DNA of 63,897 bases, the filler included, from Octopus bimaculoides (Eukaryota), in the NCBI RefSeq assembly GCF_001194135.2. It is 8 parts of 7 records of this genome, joined end to end, with 100 filler letters (N's around TTAATTAATTAA, not from the genome) between each part and the next. Parts side by side here need not be neighbours in the genome. Positions count along the whole stretch, not along the records: positions 62,412 to 63,897 come from NW_026418907.1; 7 more parts are not named here. The stretch is one strand, 5' to 3'. Under the pieces are notes generated by a model. The model worked only from the letters and a program-made list of their open reading frames with translations, searched no databases and was not told the DNA's origin. Made by a program: the position numbers and the translations under genes. Below are positions 63,716 to 63,897 of this stretch, piece by piece; positions within the stretch are counted from its first letter, which is position 1; every line of letters begins with the position of its first letter.

Positions 63716-63897
63716 ATTTAGTGATGGTGATTGGATAGTGAAGAATGTATTTTCTTCATTGCACTAAGTTTTTTTTTTAATCTTGCCTGTCACTTAGCGC
63801 ATGCGCATTAGTGTGTTACCGCGAAATATTTGCGCTTACTTACGTGACAAATATATGCAATTTAACTAAAGGTTGTATCATATGTACAGGATATTTT

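Overview
AT-rich, microsatellite-dense animal DNA with many N gaps. Seven gaps contain an artificial TTAATTAATTAA linker. The repeat repertoire looks like an Octopus genome (inference). I found no convincing host protein-coding exon, rRNA, intact tRNA or CRISPR array; the window is essentially a graveyard of transposable elements. It holds tRNA-headed SINEs, RTE, R4/Dong-like and L1/Tx1-like LINE fragments, a DD34E Tc1 transposase, MITEs, a probable Helitron end, and at least seven Penelope-like element (PLE) fragments. Four of these are Naiad-type RT/GIY-YIG pieces and three are Neptune/Poseidon-type GIY-YIG pieces. The most interesting signal is about ten type I hammerhead ribozyme (HHR) motifs, read directly from the sequence on both strands. 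Most lie next to PLE fragments or inside inverted repeats. They include long-stem-II forms, recurrent A6U and U4C core variants, and one HHR fused behind a tRNA-derived Pol III head, a candidate PLE-dependent ribozyme SINE. All calls were made by eye; none was confirmed by a database search or folding program.
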